This document shows, one piece after another, positions 20,041-29,011 of a stretch of 64,000 bases of DNA. The stretch spans positions 128,001-192,000 of the forward strand of contig CANMWZ010000003.1 in NCBI GenBank assembly GCA_947501605.1, given 5' to 3'. The notes beneath the pieces were generated by a model. It ran no database searches and was not told the DNA's origin. It worked only from the letters and a program-made list of their open reading frames with translations. Each line of letters begins with the position of its first letter. Within the stretch, counting starts at the first letter, position 1. Source of the stretch: Planctomycetota bacterium (lineage in GTDB: Bacteria; Planctomycetota; UBA1135; UBA2386). Made by a program: the position numbers and the translations under genes.

Positions 20041-21387
20041 TCAACGCGGCGCGAAGTAGCGGTCAATGAAGCCCGTGTCGATCTCGCCCGAGGCGAAATC
20101 GGAGTGCTCGAGGATGCGCAAGAACAGTCCAGCGGTCGTCGCGATGCCATCGACCGTGAGTTCTTGGAGGGCGCGCCGCGCGGTCTCGAGCACGAGCTTT
20201 CGCGTCGGCCGATGGATGATCAACTTGCCGACCATCGAGTCGTAGTGCGGCGGCACGGTGTAGCCCTGATAGACGTGGCTGTCCCAGCGGACGCCCGGCC
20301 CGCCCGGGGCCAAGAACGTCTTGATGAGCCCCGGCGACGGCTTGAATCCTCGATCTGGATCCTCGGCGTTGATCCGAAACTCCATCGCATGGCCCTGCAT
20401 GCGGATGTCCTTCTGCTCGAACGAGAGCCGTTCGCCAGCGGCGACGCGGATCATCTCGCGAATCAGGTCGGTACCCGTGACCATCTCGGTCACCGGGTGC
20501 TCGACCTGGATGCGCGAGTTGATCTCGATGAAGTAGAAGTTCTTGTCCTTGTCGAGCAAGAACTCAACGGTGCCAGCCGAGTAGTAGTTGGCGGCCTTCG
20601 CCAGCCGGATCGCGGCGTCACCCATCGCCTGGCGGGTCACCTCGTCCAGCACGGGACACGGGCTCTCTTCGACCAACTTCTGGTGGCGGCGCTGCAGCGA
20701 GCAGTCGCGCTCCCCCAGATGCACGATGTTGCCGTGCTGGTCACCCATCACCTGGATCTCCACGTGCCGCGGCTTCTCGATGTACTTCTCCAGGTAGACC
20801 GTGCCGTCCTTGAACGCCTTCTCGGCTTCGCTTCTCGCCGCGTGGAAACCGGTGACCAGGCTCGGCTCGTTGTGGGCGACGCGCATGCCGCGGCCACCGC
20901 CACCAGCAGCGGCCTTGACCAACACCGGGAAGCCGATCTTGCGCGCAATGGCAAGGGCCTCGTCCTCGGTCTCGATGGGACCGTCGGAGCCCGGCACACA
21001 CGGAACCCCCGCCTGCCGCGCCAACACCTTGGCGGCGACCTTGTCGCCGCAGCTTGCGATCGCCTTTGGCGATGGCCCGATGAACTTGATGTTGCAGCTC
21101 TGGCAAACCTCGGCGAAGTGCTCGTTCTCCGACAAGAAGCCATAGCCCGGATGGATCGCCTCGACGTCCGCGATCTCGGCCGCGGCAATCAACGCCGGAA
21201 TGTTGAGGTAGCTCTCGGAGCTGGCCGCCGGACCGATACAGATCGTCTCGTCCGCGAAGCGGAGGTGGAGCGAATCGCGGTCGGCCTCGGAGTAGACCGC
21301 GACGGTCTCGATGCCCATGTCTTTGCACGCGCGCAGGATGCGGAGTGCGATCTCGCCGCGGTTGGCGATGAGGATGCGCGAGAACAT
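20041..21387 (-). CDS. accC: Acetyl-CoA carboxylase biotin carboxylase subunit
   Basis: [49 protein letters not shown]. Confidence 0.97.
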   Translation of the reverse strand: MFSRILIANRGEIALRILRACKDMGIETVAVYSEADRDSLHLRFADETICIGPAASSESYLNIPALIAAAEIADVEAIHPGYGFLSENEHFAEVCQSCNIKFIGPSPKAIASCGDKVAAKVLARQAGVPCVPGSDGPIETEDEALAIARKIGFPVLVKAAAGGGGRGMRVAHNEPSLVTGFHAARSEAEKAFKDGTVYLEKYIEKPRHVEIQVMGDQHGNIVHLGERDCSLQRRHQKLVEESPCPVLDEVTRQAMGDAAIRLAKAANYYSAGTVEFLLDKDKNFYFIEINSRIQVEHPVTEMVTGTDLIREMIRVAAGERLSFEQKDIRMQGHAMEFRINAEDPDRGFKPSPGLIKTFLAPGGPGVRWDSHVYQGYTVPPHYDSMVGKLIIHRPTRKLVLETARRALQELTVDGIATTAGLFLRILEHSDFASGEIDTGFIDRYFAPR

Positions 21388-21394
21388 GCGTTGG

Positions 21395-21928
21395 TCAGCG
21401 AATCAGGAAGAGGGGTTGACCGTACTCGACAGGATCGCCGTTCTTGACCAGCACCTCGAGGATCTCGAACTCCCGCTCGGCCTTGATCTCGTTCATGACC
21501 TTCATCGCCTCGATGATGCACAGGGTCGACTCGGGATTGACCCGATCCCCTGGTTTGGAGAACGGCTCGGCCTCGGGTGAACCAGCGCGATAGAACGTGC
21601 CCAGCATCGGCGACTTGAAGACCTCGCCCTGCGGTTCCTTGGCGACGGCGACGCTCTGCCCAGCACTCGCGGGCAGCATCGAAGCTGGCGTCGGAGCTGG
21701 CGCCGCCATCGCGGTCGGCGCCGCATAGGCGACCGAATGCGGATCTTTGCGCCGGACGCGCCAGCGCGTGCCGGTCTCTTCGATCTCGACCTCGACGACA
21801 TCCTTCTCCACCATCAGCTCGATCAGACGCTGAAGTTCGGAGAGGCGGTCCTTGCCGCCCGATGCGCGCACCGTCTGTGGCTTGGCCGGGGACTTCTTGG
21901 ATGACTTCTGGTTCGGACGCTTGGCCAT
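21395..21928 (-). CDS. accB: Biotin carboxyl carrier protein
   Basis: [19 protein letters not shown] biotinylation site. Confidence 0.95.
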   Translation of the reverse strand: MAKRPNQKSSKKSPAKPQTVRASGGKDRLSELQRLIELMVEKDVVEVEIEETGTRWRVRRKDPHSVAYAAPTAMAAPAPTPASMLPASAGQSVAVAKEPQGEVFKSPMLGTFYRAGSPEAEPFSKPGDRVNPESTLCIIEAMKVMNEIKAEREFEILEVLVKNGDPVEYGQPLFLIR

Positions 21929-22045
21929 TCTGATTCGAGTTCCGTCGGGGACGGCACGGAAGGAAAGCCGCAACGAGAACTGGAGTCCAGAGCAGAATGG
22001 CAGCGGCGTGAACCCGCGGGTTGGTGGCTATGCTGTGCGCCTTCC

Positions 22046-23509
22046 ATGAGCGACCTAGGTATCGACCTGCAGCCCCGCGAGATCACCCGACGCCTCGACG
22101 AGTACATCGTGGGCCAGACGAAGGCCAAGCGTGCGGTCGCGGTCGCACTGCGAAACCGTTGGCGCCGGCGTCAACTGCCCGCCGACCTCGCCGCCGATGT
22201 CTATCCAAAGAACATCCTTCTGATCGGTCCAACGGGGGTCGGCAAGACCGAGATTGCTCGGCGCTTGGCGACGCTGGCGCGCGCGCCCTTCGTCAAGGTC
22301 GAAGCCACCAAGTACTCCGAGGTCGGCTACCACGGTCGCGACGTCGAGTCCATGGTTCGCGATCTTGTCGATGCCGCCGTCGCACTGGTGCGCGCCGAGA
22401 AGGTCAAGGAAGTCGAGGGCAAGGCCGCCGCCGCCGCCGAAGAGCGCCTCTACCATGCGCTGCTCGAGATGCGGCAACTGCACGACTACCTCGACCCAGG
22501 CGCTGGCGAAGCTGGCGCGCAGGAAGGTTCGGCGATGTGGCGCGCGCGCCCGTTCGCCGGTCGCACCGCGGCAACTCCGGTCACGGCGGCTGGCGATCCC
22601 GCGATCGCCGCCCAAGAACGCGAGCAGCAGCGACGGGCGCTGCGCGAACAACTGCGCACACGCTCGATCGAACGCGACGCGATCGAGATCGAGCTCCGCG
22701 ACAGCAAGACGCCGACCCTGAGCGTGATGGGACCGCAGGGCAATGAGACGATGGGCATCGACACGCAAGCCCTGCAGGAAATGTGGGGACGCGCACCGCA
22801 GGTGAAGATGAAGCTCCGCAAGCTGCCCATCGCCGAAGCCCGCGCCATCCTCCACGAAGAAGAGGCCGACAAGCTGCTCGACATGGATGCGGTCTGCAAG
22901 GACGCGCTCGACCGCGCGCAGAACGATGGCATCATCTTCGTCGACGAGATCGACAAGATTGTCGGCTCCGGCGGCGGCGACGGCCCGGACGTCTCACGCG
23001 AGGGCGTGCAGCGCGACCTGCTCTCGGTTGTCGAAGGCTGCGCCGTCTACACCCGCTACGGCCATGTACGCACCGACCACGTCTTGTTCCTGTGCGCCGG
23101 CGCCTTTCACTTCCACAAGCCAAGCGAGTTGATCCCCGAATTGCAGGGTCGCTTTCCGGTCCGCGTCGCCCTGCAGTCGCTGACGGAAGCGGACTTCGTT
23201 CGGATCTTGACCGAGCCGAAGAACGCGCTCACCAAGCAGTACCAATCGCTATTCGCGACCGAAGGCGTGAAGCTGGAGTTCACTGCCGATGGTGTCGCGA
23301 CGCTGGCTGCAGTCGCCTTCCGCGCCAACAAGACGACCCAAGACATCGGCGCGCGACGCTTGATGACCATTCTCGAGAAGTGCCTCGAAGACCTCTCGTT
23401 TGATGCTGGCGACCGCCGCGGCCAGACCATTCGCGTCGATGCTGCCGTCGTCAAGGACCGCCTCGGCGAGGCCGCTGACGACGAAGACCTCCTGCCCTAT
23501 CGCATGTGA
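22046..23509 (+). CDS. hslU: ATP-dependent protease ATPase subunit HslU
   Basis: ALRNRWRR, GPTGVGKTEIARR, FVDEIDKI, VSREGVQRDLL, PELQGRFP, IGARRL. Confidence 0.93.
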   Translation: MSDLGIDLQPREITRRLDEYIVGQTKAKRAVAVALRNRWRRRQLPADLAADVYPKNILLIGPTGVGKTEIARRLATLARAPFVKVEATKYSEVGYHGRDVESMVRDLVDAAVALVRAEKVKEVEGKAAAAAEERLYHALLEMRQLHDYLDPGAGEAGAQEGSAMWRARPFAGRTAATPVTAAGDPAIAAQEREQQRRALREQLRTRSIERDAIEIELRDSKTPTLSVMGPQGNETMGIDTQALQEMWGRAPQVKMKLRKLPIAEARAILHEEEADKLLDMDAVCKDALDRAQNDGIIFVDEIDKIVGSGGGDGPDVSREGVQRDLLSVVEGCAVYTRYGHVRTDHVLFLCAGAFHFHKPSELIPELQGRFPVRVALQSLTEADFVRILTEPKNALTKQYQSLFATEGVKLEFTADGVATLAAVAFRANKTTQDIGARRLMTILEKCLEDLSFDAGDRRGQTIRVDAAVVKDRLGEAADDEDLLPYRM

Positions 23510-23520
23510 TCTAGGCCGCG

Positions 23521-23548
23521 ACCAGGACCTGGAGCAGGGGATCCTGGT
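23521..23548 (+). terminator. Possible hairpin after hslU
   Basis: ACCAGGA...TCCTGGT inverted repeat; weak U tract. Confidence 0.3.
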
Positions 23549-23554
23549 TCGGCG

Positions 23555-23579
23555 GGAACGATCGCCGCGACGACTCGTA
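23555..23579 (+). promoter_or_regulatory. Putative autoregulatory ECF promoter
   Basis: GGAAC-N16-CGTA, 25 nt upstream of the ECF sigma start. Confidence 0.55.
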
Positions 23580-23604
23580 GACCCGGCCCCCCGGAAACCG
23601 GACC

Positions 23605-24186
23605 GTGATCGACCTACCTGATTCCATCGTGATGCTCGCGCGCGACGGCGACGATGCCGCCGCCCGCACGATCGTCGAGGCGCTCCACCGGCCGATTTTG
23701 GCCGTCTGCCATCGCTTCCTTGGCAGCCGCTACCGCGAGCAGGTCGAAGACGCGGCCCAGGACGTGTTCCTCAAGGTCTTCCGGGCTCTGCCGCAGTTCG
23801 ATCCCACCCGCGCACGCTTCACCACCTGGGTCTACACGTTCGTGCGCAATCACTGCTTCGACGTGCTGAAGAAGCGCCGACTGCCGACCCTGTCGCTGTC
23901 GCCGACCCACGACGACGAGCCTCAGCGGGACCCTCAGGACCGACGCGAACGCCCGCCCGGAGCGGAGCTCGAGGCCAGCGAACTGGGCGCGCAGATCCAA
24001 GCGGCCCTGCAATCGCTGGGCGAAGATCAGCGGATGACGTTCGTGTTGCGCGAGTACGAAGGTCTTGACTACGCCGCGATCGCAGTCGCAACCGGAGTGA
24101 GCGAAGGCACGGTGAAGTCTCGGCTCTTCCGCGCCAAGGAAGCACTGCGGGCACACCTCGAACCTTGGCTGGGATCCGACTCATGA
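23605..24186 (+). CDS. ECF RNA polymerase sigma factor
   Basis: EDAAQDVFLKVF, FTTWVYTFVRN, LREYEGLDY, GTVKSRLFRAK. Confidence 0.93.
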   Translation: MIDLPDSIVMLARDGDDAAARTIVEALHRPILAVCHRFLGSRYREQVEDAAQDVFLKVFRALPQFDPTRARFTTWVYTFVRNHCFDVLKKRRLPTLSLSPTHDDEPQRDPQDRRERPPGAELEASELGAQIQAALQSLGEDQRMTFVLREYEGLDYAAIAVATGVSEGTVKSRLFRAKEALRAHLEPWLGSDS

Positions 24187-24818
24187 CCGACACTTCCGAC
24201 CCGTCCTTGCCGGAGTTCCCTAGCGAAGCGGACTGGCTGCTGGCCACACCGCCAGAGTTCGCCCCCGAGTTCGTCGGACACACGATGGCGCGCTTGCGTG
24301 ACGTCGGACTCGTGCGACGCGGAGCCGACGACGAGGCCGCCGACCGCGCGTTTGCGCGGATGCATGTGCCACAGGAAATCCTCGCGGCCCACAGCGTCCC
24401 GCCGCCGAGCCCGAGCTTCGTCGACCAAGTGATGTCGGCGCGTTCCCTCGATCGAGACCTTGCTGTAACTCGACTCCTGCCGCACTACCAGGTGCCGATT
24501 GGTTCGCCCGAGTTCGTCGCGCGGACGATGGCCGCACTTCGCCGCGAGCCCGTCGCCCTGGTCTTGCGCCATCGTCGCTATGCCGCCGTGGTCTGCATCG
24601 CGATCGCGACCGCCGCCGCAGTCGTCGTAGCCCTGATGCTGCCATCCGACTCAGGTAGCTTCGAACGACTGCTAGCCAACCAAGACAGCCAGAGCGTCGC
24701 GGGAAACAGCCCGTCCGTGTTGAGCCACCTGCTGGCATCCGCGGGGACTTTGGCGGATGGCCTGCCGATCCGCGCACCCGAGGCTTCGTTCTTGTGGCTG
24801 GCGGAGGAAGGCCGGTGA
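24183..24818 (+). CDS. Putative membrane anti-sigma factor
   Basis: ATGA-coupled to the ECF gene; single TM; repeated PxFVxxxM motif. Confidence 0.6.
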   Translation: MTDTSDPSLPEFPSEADWLLATPPEFAPEFVGHTMARLRDVGLVRRGADDEAADRAFARMHVPQEILAAHSVPPPSPSFVDQVMSARSLDRDLAVTRLLPHYQVPIGSPEFVARTMAALRREPVALVLRHRRYAAVVCIAIATAAAVVVALMLPSDSGSFERLLANQDSQSVAGNSPSVLSHLLASAGTLADGLPIRAPEASFLWLAEEGR

Positions 24819-26218
24819 GCCGCCTTTTGCAACCACTGGCAATGGCGCTGCTGTTCGTCGCTGCGGCACTCTCATCGCAGCAAGCAGCCCCGACCGAAGC
24901 AGAGTCCGTCGCAGCAATGCAGCGGCTCGACCAAGCCCTCAGCGGTACGTCGGCCGAGGCATACCTCAGCGAGTTCGCGCCAGAGCAGGCCTTTCTCCAC
25001 CAAGTCCATGCGCGCATGGTGCGGGCGCGGCTCGCCACCGGCCACGCCATGAAGCGGGAGACGCGGGTCTTGCGCTGGCGCGTCGTCGGCGAGCACGCAG
25101 TGGTCGTCGTCGAGCACGTCTCGACCCTGGTGCCAGCAACTGCCAACTCGACCTCGATGTGCGAGCACGCGCTGGTCGCCTTGCGCCGCATCGATGGCCG
25201 CGTGTGCCCCGTGTTCTCCGTCGAATTGCCGGAGCCCGACTTCGAGCCGGACCGCATTGTGTGTCCGTTCTGCAACTATCAGGTTGACGCCGCACAAGGT
25301 TGGATCGCGGTCCCGCTCGGGACCGAACGCAGCGCTTCTGTAGAGGGCACGGTGTTCGTCCAACTCGGCACCGGCATCGCCCTGGAGGTCTCGGTCCAGA
25401 TCGCCGAACGCGCACAATCGGCACAGAGCTTCCTCGAACCACTGGTCGCCGCGCTCTGCCGCAGCACGAACGCCCAGTGCGTGCACGGCATTGCGGCTTG
25501 GAGCCCACCGTCGATGGCCAAGCTCGGGGATGCCATCACTGGCGCTCGGGCTGAAATCAACCTGCCCCACGGCGATCAGACCGTGCTCCACGCAGTGGCC
25601 ATGGGCCGACTCGGCCACATCCTCTTGTTGCGTGGCTCGACGGCAGCGATTGCGCGCGAGCAGGCTTCCATCGGCACCATGCTCCGTGGCTACCGGTTGT
25701 TGTCCGTCGACAACGCCGTAGCCGAACAGGCAGCGATCGCGCTCGACCACCACTGCGGTGGGGTTCTGGCTGGCACCGACTACCGCAACAGGCGACATCA
25801 AATCAGCGCGTCTGGTCCGAAGGGATGGCTCACCATGGAGCGGTGCAGCGGGTTCTTGTTCGAGGTTGCGTTCACCAGCCCCGATCAGAACGGTCGTGTC
25901 ACCGTGCGTGGCCTCGCGCCCCCCCCCGGCCTCCAAGGATGGACGCGCGGCAAGGCCGAGCGCTGGCTCGACGACTTGTGCCTGCGCGGCAAGCGCGAGA
26001 TCGATGCCGCCCGCGACTCGGGATGGCTCGAGGACGGCGACGGCTTTGAGCAACGGACCATGACACTTCGCCACACGGGCGAACCAACGGCACCACCGCA
26101 GTTTCTTCGCCTTCTGCTGCAGCGCGGCCAACTGATCGTGGCCGATGGCTTCAGCAAGTCGCGCTCGGACGACCCAGCGGTGGAGACGGCAGTGGGCTCT
26201 CTTTCCCCACTTCGCTGA
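24815..26218 (+). CDS. Hypothetical exported protein
   Basis: GTGA coupling; signal peptide; CPFC motif. Confidence 0.6.
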   Translation: MSRLLQPLAMALLFVAAALSSQQAAPTEAESVAAMQRLDQALSGTSAEAYLSEFAPEQAFLHQVHARMVRARLATGHAMKRETRVLRWRVVGEHAVVVVEHVSTLVPATANSTSMCEHALVALRRIDGRVCPVFSVELPEPDFEPDRIVCPFCNYQVDAAQGWIAVPLGTERSASVEGTVFVQLGTGIALEVSVQIAERAQSAQSFLEPLVAALCRSTNAQCVHGIAAWSPPSMAKLGDAITGARAEINLPHGDQTVLHAVAMGRLGHILLLRGSTAAIAREQASIGTMLRGYRLLSVDNAVAEQAAIALDHHCGGVLAGTDYRNRRHQISASGPKGWLTMERCSGFLFEVAFTSPDQNGRVTVRGLAPPPGLQGWTRGKAERWLDDLCLRGKREIDAARDSGWLEDGDGFEQRTMTLRHTGEPTAPPQFLRLLLQRGQLIVADGFSKSRSDDPAVETAVGSLSPLR

Positions 26219-26270
26219 ACCGCGCCGGCAGCCAGCCGACGCGAGCGACGACGGGCTGGGGTGTAGGGTG

Positions 26271-26960
26271 CTACTGCTTGCTGGCCTCGACCGTCGGCGG
26301 CGGCGTGGTGGTGGTCGGTAGGACCGCGGACCATTGCGCTTCGAGGCCCGCCAGCTGCGCCAGCTTTTCGCGCAGCGCCGCGAGCTTGGCCATGCCCGCC
26401 ACTGCTTTGGCCTCGAACTCCTGCTGGGCGCTCGCGAGCTGAACATCGAGCTGGGCGCTCTGTTCTTGCAGAGCCCGAAGCCTCAGTTCCTTGGTGCCGG
26501 CCTCCGCAATCGCAGCGCGCAAGACCTCCAGATCCTGTGCCACTGCGTTCAACTGGGCGGTCAACGCCTCGCGCTGTTGCTCCTTGGCGGTCAACTGCTG
26601 CTGCTCGTGGGCCACAGACCGCAGGGCGTCGCGCCGGCGCGCGGCCAAGTCAGCCGCCGCATCGCGAAGGACGCGCAGCGCGGGCTCATCCTCGGCGATC
26701 GTCAACGTCAGCAACTGCCGTTCTCTCTGCTGCCCCTCGAGCACCAGTCTCTGCCGCTCCACCTCGCGTCCTCGCGCCGCCCGACTGACGCTGTTGTCCA
26801 CCGGACCGGTGCAGGCGGCGGCGACTGCCAGCACGATCGTCAGCGCTGTTCCGACTCGCGAAAATCCGACGGTAGCGCGTCGGCAAGCTGCTATCGTCCT
26901 CGCCCCGAACTCTTGACCATCGCCCGCGGCCTGCGGGCCAGATCGACTGAGGTTGTCCAT
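26271..26960 (-). CDS. Coiled-coil lipoprotein (start uncertain)
   Basis: Lipobox-like IVLAVAAAC followed by long heptad coiled coil. Confidence 0.55.
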   Translation of the reverse strand: MDNLSRSGPQAAGDGQEFGARTIAACRRATVGFSRVGTALTIVLAVAAACTGPVDNSVSRAARGREVERQRLVLEGQQRERQLLTLTIAEDEPALRVLRDAAADLAARRRDALRSVAHEQQQLTAKEQQREALTAQLNAVAQDLEVLRAAIAEAGTKELRLRALQEQSAQLDVQLASAQQEFEAKAVAGMAKLAALREKLAQLAGLEAQWSAVLPTTTTPPPTVEASKQ

Positions 26961-27429
26961 GGAACGCACACTGATCCTGTTGAAGCCCGACGCCGTCCAA
27001 CGTGGCCTATGTGGCACGCTCTTGAGCCGCTTCGAAGAGAAGGGCCTGAAGATCGTCGCCATGAAGTTCATGAAGATCACGCCTGATCTCGCGGGCAAAC
27101 ACTACGAAGCGCACAAGGAGCGCCCGTTCTACCCGGGCCTCGTGAAGTTCATGACCTGCTCGCCAGTCGTGGCCCTCGCCCTCGAAGGCAACAACGCGAT
27201 CAAGATCTGCCGCACGCTGATGGGGGCGACCAACAGCGCCGAGGCGGCGCCGGGCACCATGCGCGGCGACTTTGGCGTCAGCCGCAGCTACAACCTCGTG
27301 CACGGCAGCGACAGCCCGGAGGCCGCAAGCCGCGAGCTTTCGCTGTTTTTCCCAGAAGGCATCGTGTCCTGGGACAGTGCCGCCTGGAACTGGGCCTACG
27401 ACCCGATCGAAGAGCTCAAGAAGAGCTGA
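26959..27429 (+). CDS. ndk: Nucleoside diphosphate kinase
   Basis: MERTLILLKPDAVQRG, PGTMRGDFG, NLVHGSDS. Confidence 0.97.
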   Translation: MERTLILLKPDAVQRGLCGTLLSRFEEKGLKIVAMKFMKITPDLAGKHYEAHKERPFYPGLVKFMTCSPVVALALEGNNAIKICRTLMGATNSAEAAPGTMRGDFGVSRSYNLVHGSDSPEAASRELSLFFPEGIVSWDSAAWNWAYDPIEELKKS

Positions 27430-27441
27430 GCCGCTGTTCGC

Positions 27442-28977
27442 GTGACCGACGCCCCCATCGGCAAAGGCCGCGGCTTGACCGCCACCGAATTGGCACTTGC
27501 TGCGGCCGAACTGGCTCCCGCCTTGTGCGGCGCCGAGGTCCTTGACGCGAGCCCGATCGTCGACTGTGACGACCTCTTGCTCGTCCTGCAGCGCGAGGAC
27601 GGCAAGCTCTTCTTGCACATTGCGCTCGGCCAAGACCGAGCCCGCATCGCGCCAACGTCGCGTCGCTTCCGTCGCGATGAGCAACAGCCCGGGCCGCGGA
27701 CGGACGCGTTGCGAAAGCACGTGCAGGGCGCGCGAATCGTGGGCATCGAGCACGAAGCGGGCGAACGTCGGCTCGAACTTCAGCTCAAGAGCCAAACCGG
27801 ACAACCGCTGCGTCTGGTGGTCGAGTTGTTCTCAGCGCGCGGACTCTGGGCCCTCTGCACCGAGAATGGGACCGTGCTCGAGCTGTCGCGTCCGGTGACG
27901 ACTGCCGTACGCACCATGCAACACGGCAGTCACTACGCGCCGCCGCCGCCGCGAACGAGTTCGCTACCCGATGCGGCCACGGACACCAAGCGGAACACCG
28001 ACCCACCGCCGCGCTTTGCGCCCCCGGTACTCGCCGCCATCGACGCACACTTCGCGCCAGCCGACGAACGGCACGCACACGATGCCGATCGTCAGGCAAT
28101 GCAACATGCCTGCGACCGGGCAATCGCCCGCGCCAACCGCAAGGCCTTGGGACTGCGCCAGCAACTGGCTGAGGCAGACCGTTCGTCGAGCCTTCGCCAG
28201 GAAGCCGATCTCATGCTCGCTTACATGCACGGCGTCCAGCGCGGCGCCGCGAGCATGGCAGTGCCCGATCCCACCGGCGACGGCACCGTGAGCATCGACC
28301 TCGACCCGGCGCTGCCTGTCCAGGTCCAGGTCCGGGCCCGCTACGAGCGAGCCCGCAGACTCGACGATGGCCGCGCCATCGCCGAACAACGTCTCGCTGC
28401 GACCGAAGGGGACCTCGCGGCACTGCAGGCGATGCAGCAGCAGGTGGGCAACGCGGCGCCTCACGACGGCGGGCTTGTGGAAGTGCGGTCGCAACTGCGC
28501 AAGCTCGGTCTCTTGCCCAAACCGCCTGTGCCGCCGTCCGTAGCCGTCGCGGCGAAGGCGCAGAAAGACAGGACCAAGGGCGAGAACGTACGTCGCTATA
28601 CCTCGGCCGAGGGCTACGAGATCCTGGTCGGCCGCGACAACCAGCAAAACGACCGCCTGTCGTTGCGCATCGCCAATGGCAACGACCTGTGGCTCCATGT
28701 CGGCGGCGGGCGACCCGGTTCTCATGTCATCGTTCGCCTGCCCAAGGGCAAAACCGCGAGCCTCGACACGCTGCTCGACGCCGGGACGTTGGCGGTGCAC
28801 TTCAGCAAGGCACGCGGCGAGCGGACCATCGACGTGCTCTATACGTTGGCGAAGAACGTGAAGAAGCCCAAGGGCCTGCCACCTGGTGCCGTGGTGCCGT
28901 CGCAGACCAAGACGATCACGGTGCGGCTCGACGAAGCCCGGCTGCAACAACTGCTCGACGGCACGCCCGAGGAGTGA
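27442..28977 (+). CDS. NFACT/RqcH (FbpA-like) ribosome quality-control protein
   Basis: ERRLEL, LVVELF; C-terminal NFACT-R ILVGRDNQQND, WLHV...PGSHV, VKKPKGLPPGAV. Confidence 0.85.
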   Translation: MTDAPIGKGRGLTATELALAAAELAPALCGAEVLDASPIVDCDDLLLVLQREDGKLFLHIALGQDRARIAPTSRRFRRDEQQPGPRTDALRKHVQGARIVGIEHEAGERRLELQLKSQTGQPLRLVVELFSARGLWALCTENGTVLELSRPVTTAVRTMQHGSHYAPPPPRTSSLPDAATDTKRNTDPPPRFAPPVLAAIDAHFAPADERHAHDADRQAMQHACDRAIARANRKALGLRQQLAEADRSSSLRQEADLMLAYMHGVQRGAASMAVPDPTGDGTVSIDLDPALPVQVQVRARYERARRLDDGRAIAEQRLAATEGDLAALQAMQQQVGNAAPHDGGLVEVRSQLRKLGLLPKPPVPPSVAVAAKAQKDRTKGENVRRYTSAEGYEILVGRDNQQNDRLSLRIANGNDLWLHVGGGRPGSHVIVRLPKGKTASLDTLLDAGTLAVHFSKARGERTIDVLYTLAKNVKKPKGLPPGAVVPSQTKTITVRLDEARLQQLLDGTPEE

Positions 28978-29011
28978 GCGACGGCGGCTCGCCACTGCTA
29001 TCCTCTCGACG

